Positions 63,880-64,000 of a stretch of DNA of 64,000 nucleotides are shown here, piece by piece. The stretch lies in the NCBI RefSeq assembly GCF_036971445.1, contig NC_091482.1, positions 24,180,001 to 24,244,000 of the forward strand, in the 5' to 3' direction. Position 1 is the first letter of the stretch. Each line of letters begins with the position of its first letter. Under the pieces are notes generated by a model that worked only from the letters and a program-made list of their open reading frames with translations, ran no database searches and was not told where the DNA came from. Source of the stretch: Narcine bancroftii (Eukaryota). The translations under genes were made by a program, and so were the position numbers.

Positions 63880-64000
63880 ATAAACATATAACAATTACAG
63901 CACAGAAAAAGGCCAACTTGGCCCTTCTAGTCCATGCCGAACACTTTCTCCTACCTAACCCCACTCACCTACACTCAACCCATAACTCTCCATTCCTTTC
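63880..64000 (-). mobile_element. CR1 3' end, continues beyond the window
   Basis: Reverse complement resembles the CR1 3' UTR at 61640-61745 (gactagaagggccaag...ctttctgt). Confidence 0.7.

Noticed and set aside
33700-64000. Exons of human TBL2 neighbours (BCL7B, MLXIPL) or another gene
   Set aside because: No recognisable peptide in the ORF track or by eye. Small exons could have been missed; tBLASTn or RNA-seq would decide.

Overview
Vertebrate nuclear DNA, probably from a cartilaginous fish. That is an inference from the repeat set: HE1/V-SINE-like SINEs, CR1, Rex/Babar, RTE, L1 and Penelope relics. One intact protein-coding gene is supportable: TBL2 (transducin beta-like 2, an ER-anchored WD40 protein) on the + strand. 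It has 7 coding exons from 13078 to 30626, GT-AG introns with consistent phases, and about 437 aa. Its first exon lies in a small CpG-rich promoter between two minisatellites: a 98-unit two-variant 27/28-bp array ending about 180 bp before the ATG, and a 19 x 30-bp array in intron 1. Most of the 98 units carry a CCACGTC core resembling UPRE/XBP1-type sites, and the unique promoter has a perfect TGACGTGG plus an ATF/C-EBP-like site. The rest is decayed transposon sequence (LINEs, SINEs, MITEs, a Chapaev3-like relic, a chimeric gypsy remnant, a candidate solo LTR) and about 33 kb downstream with no recognisable exons. All family calls come from motif recognition by eye, and repeat boundaries are approximate. 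No prokaryote-type system (CRISPR etc.) is present.
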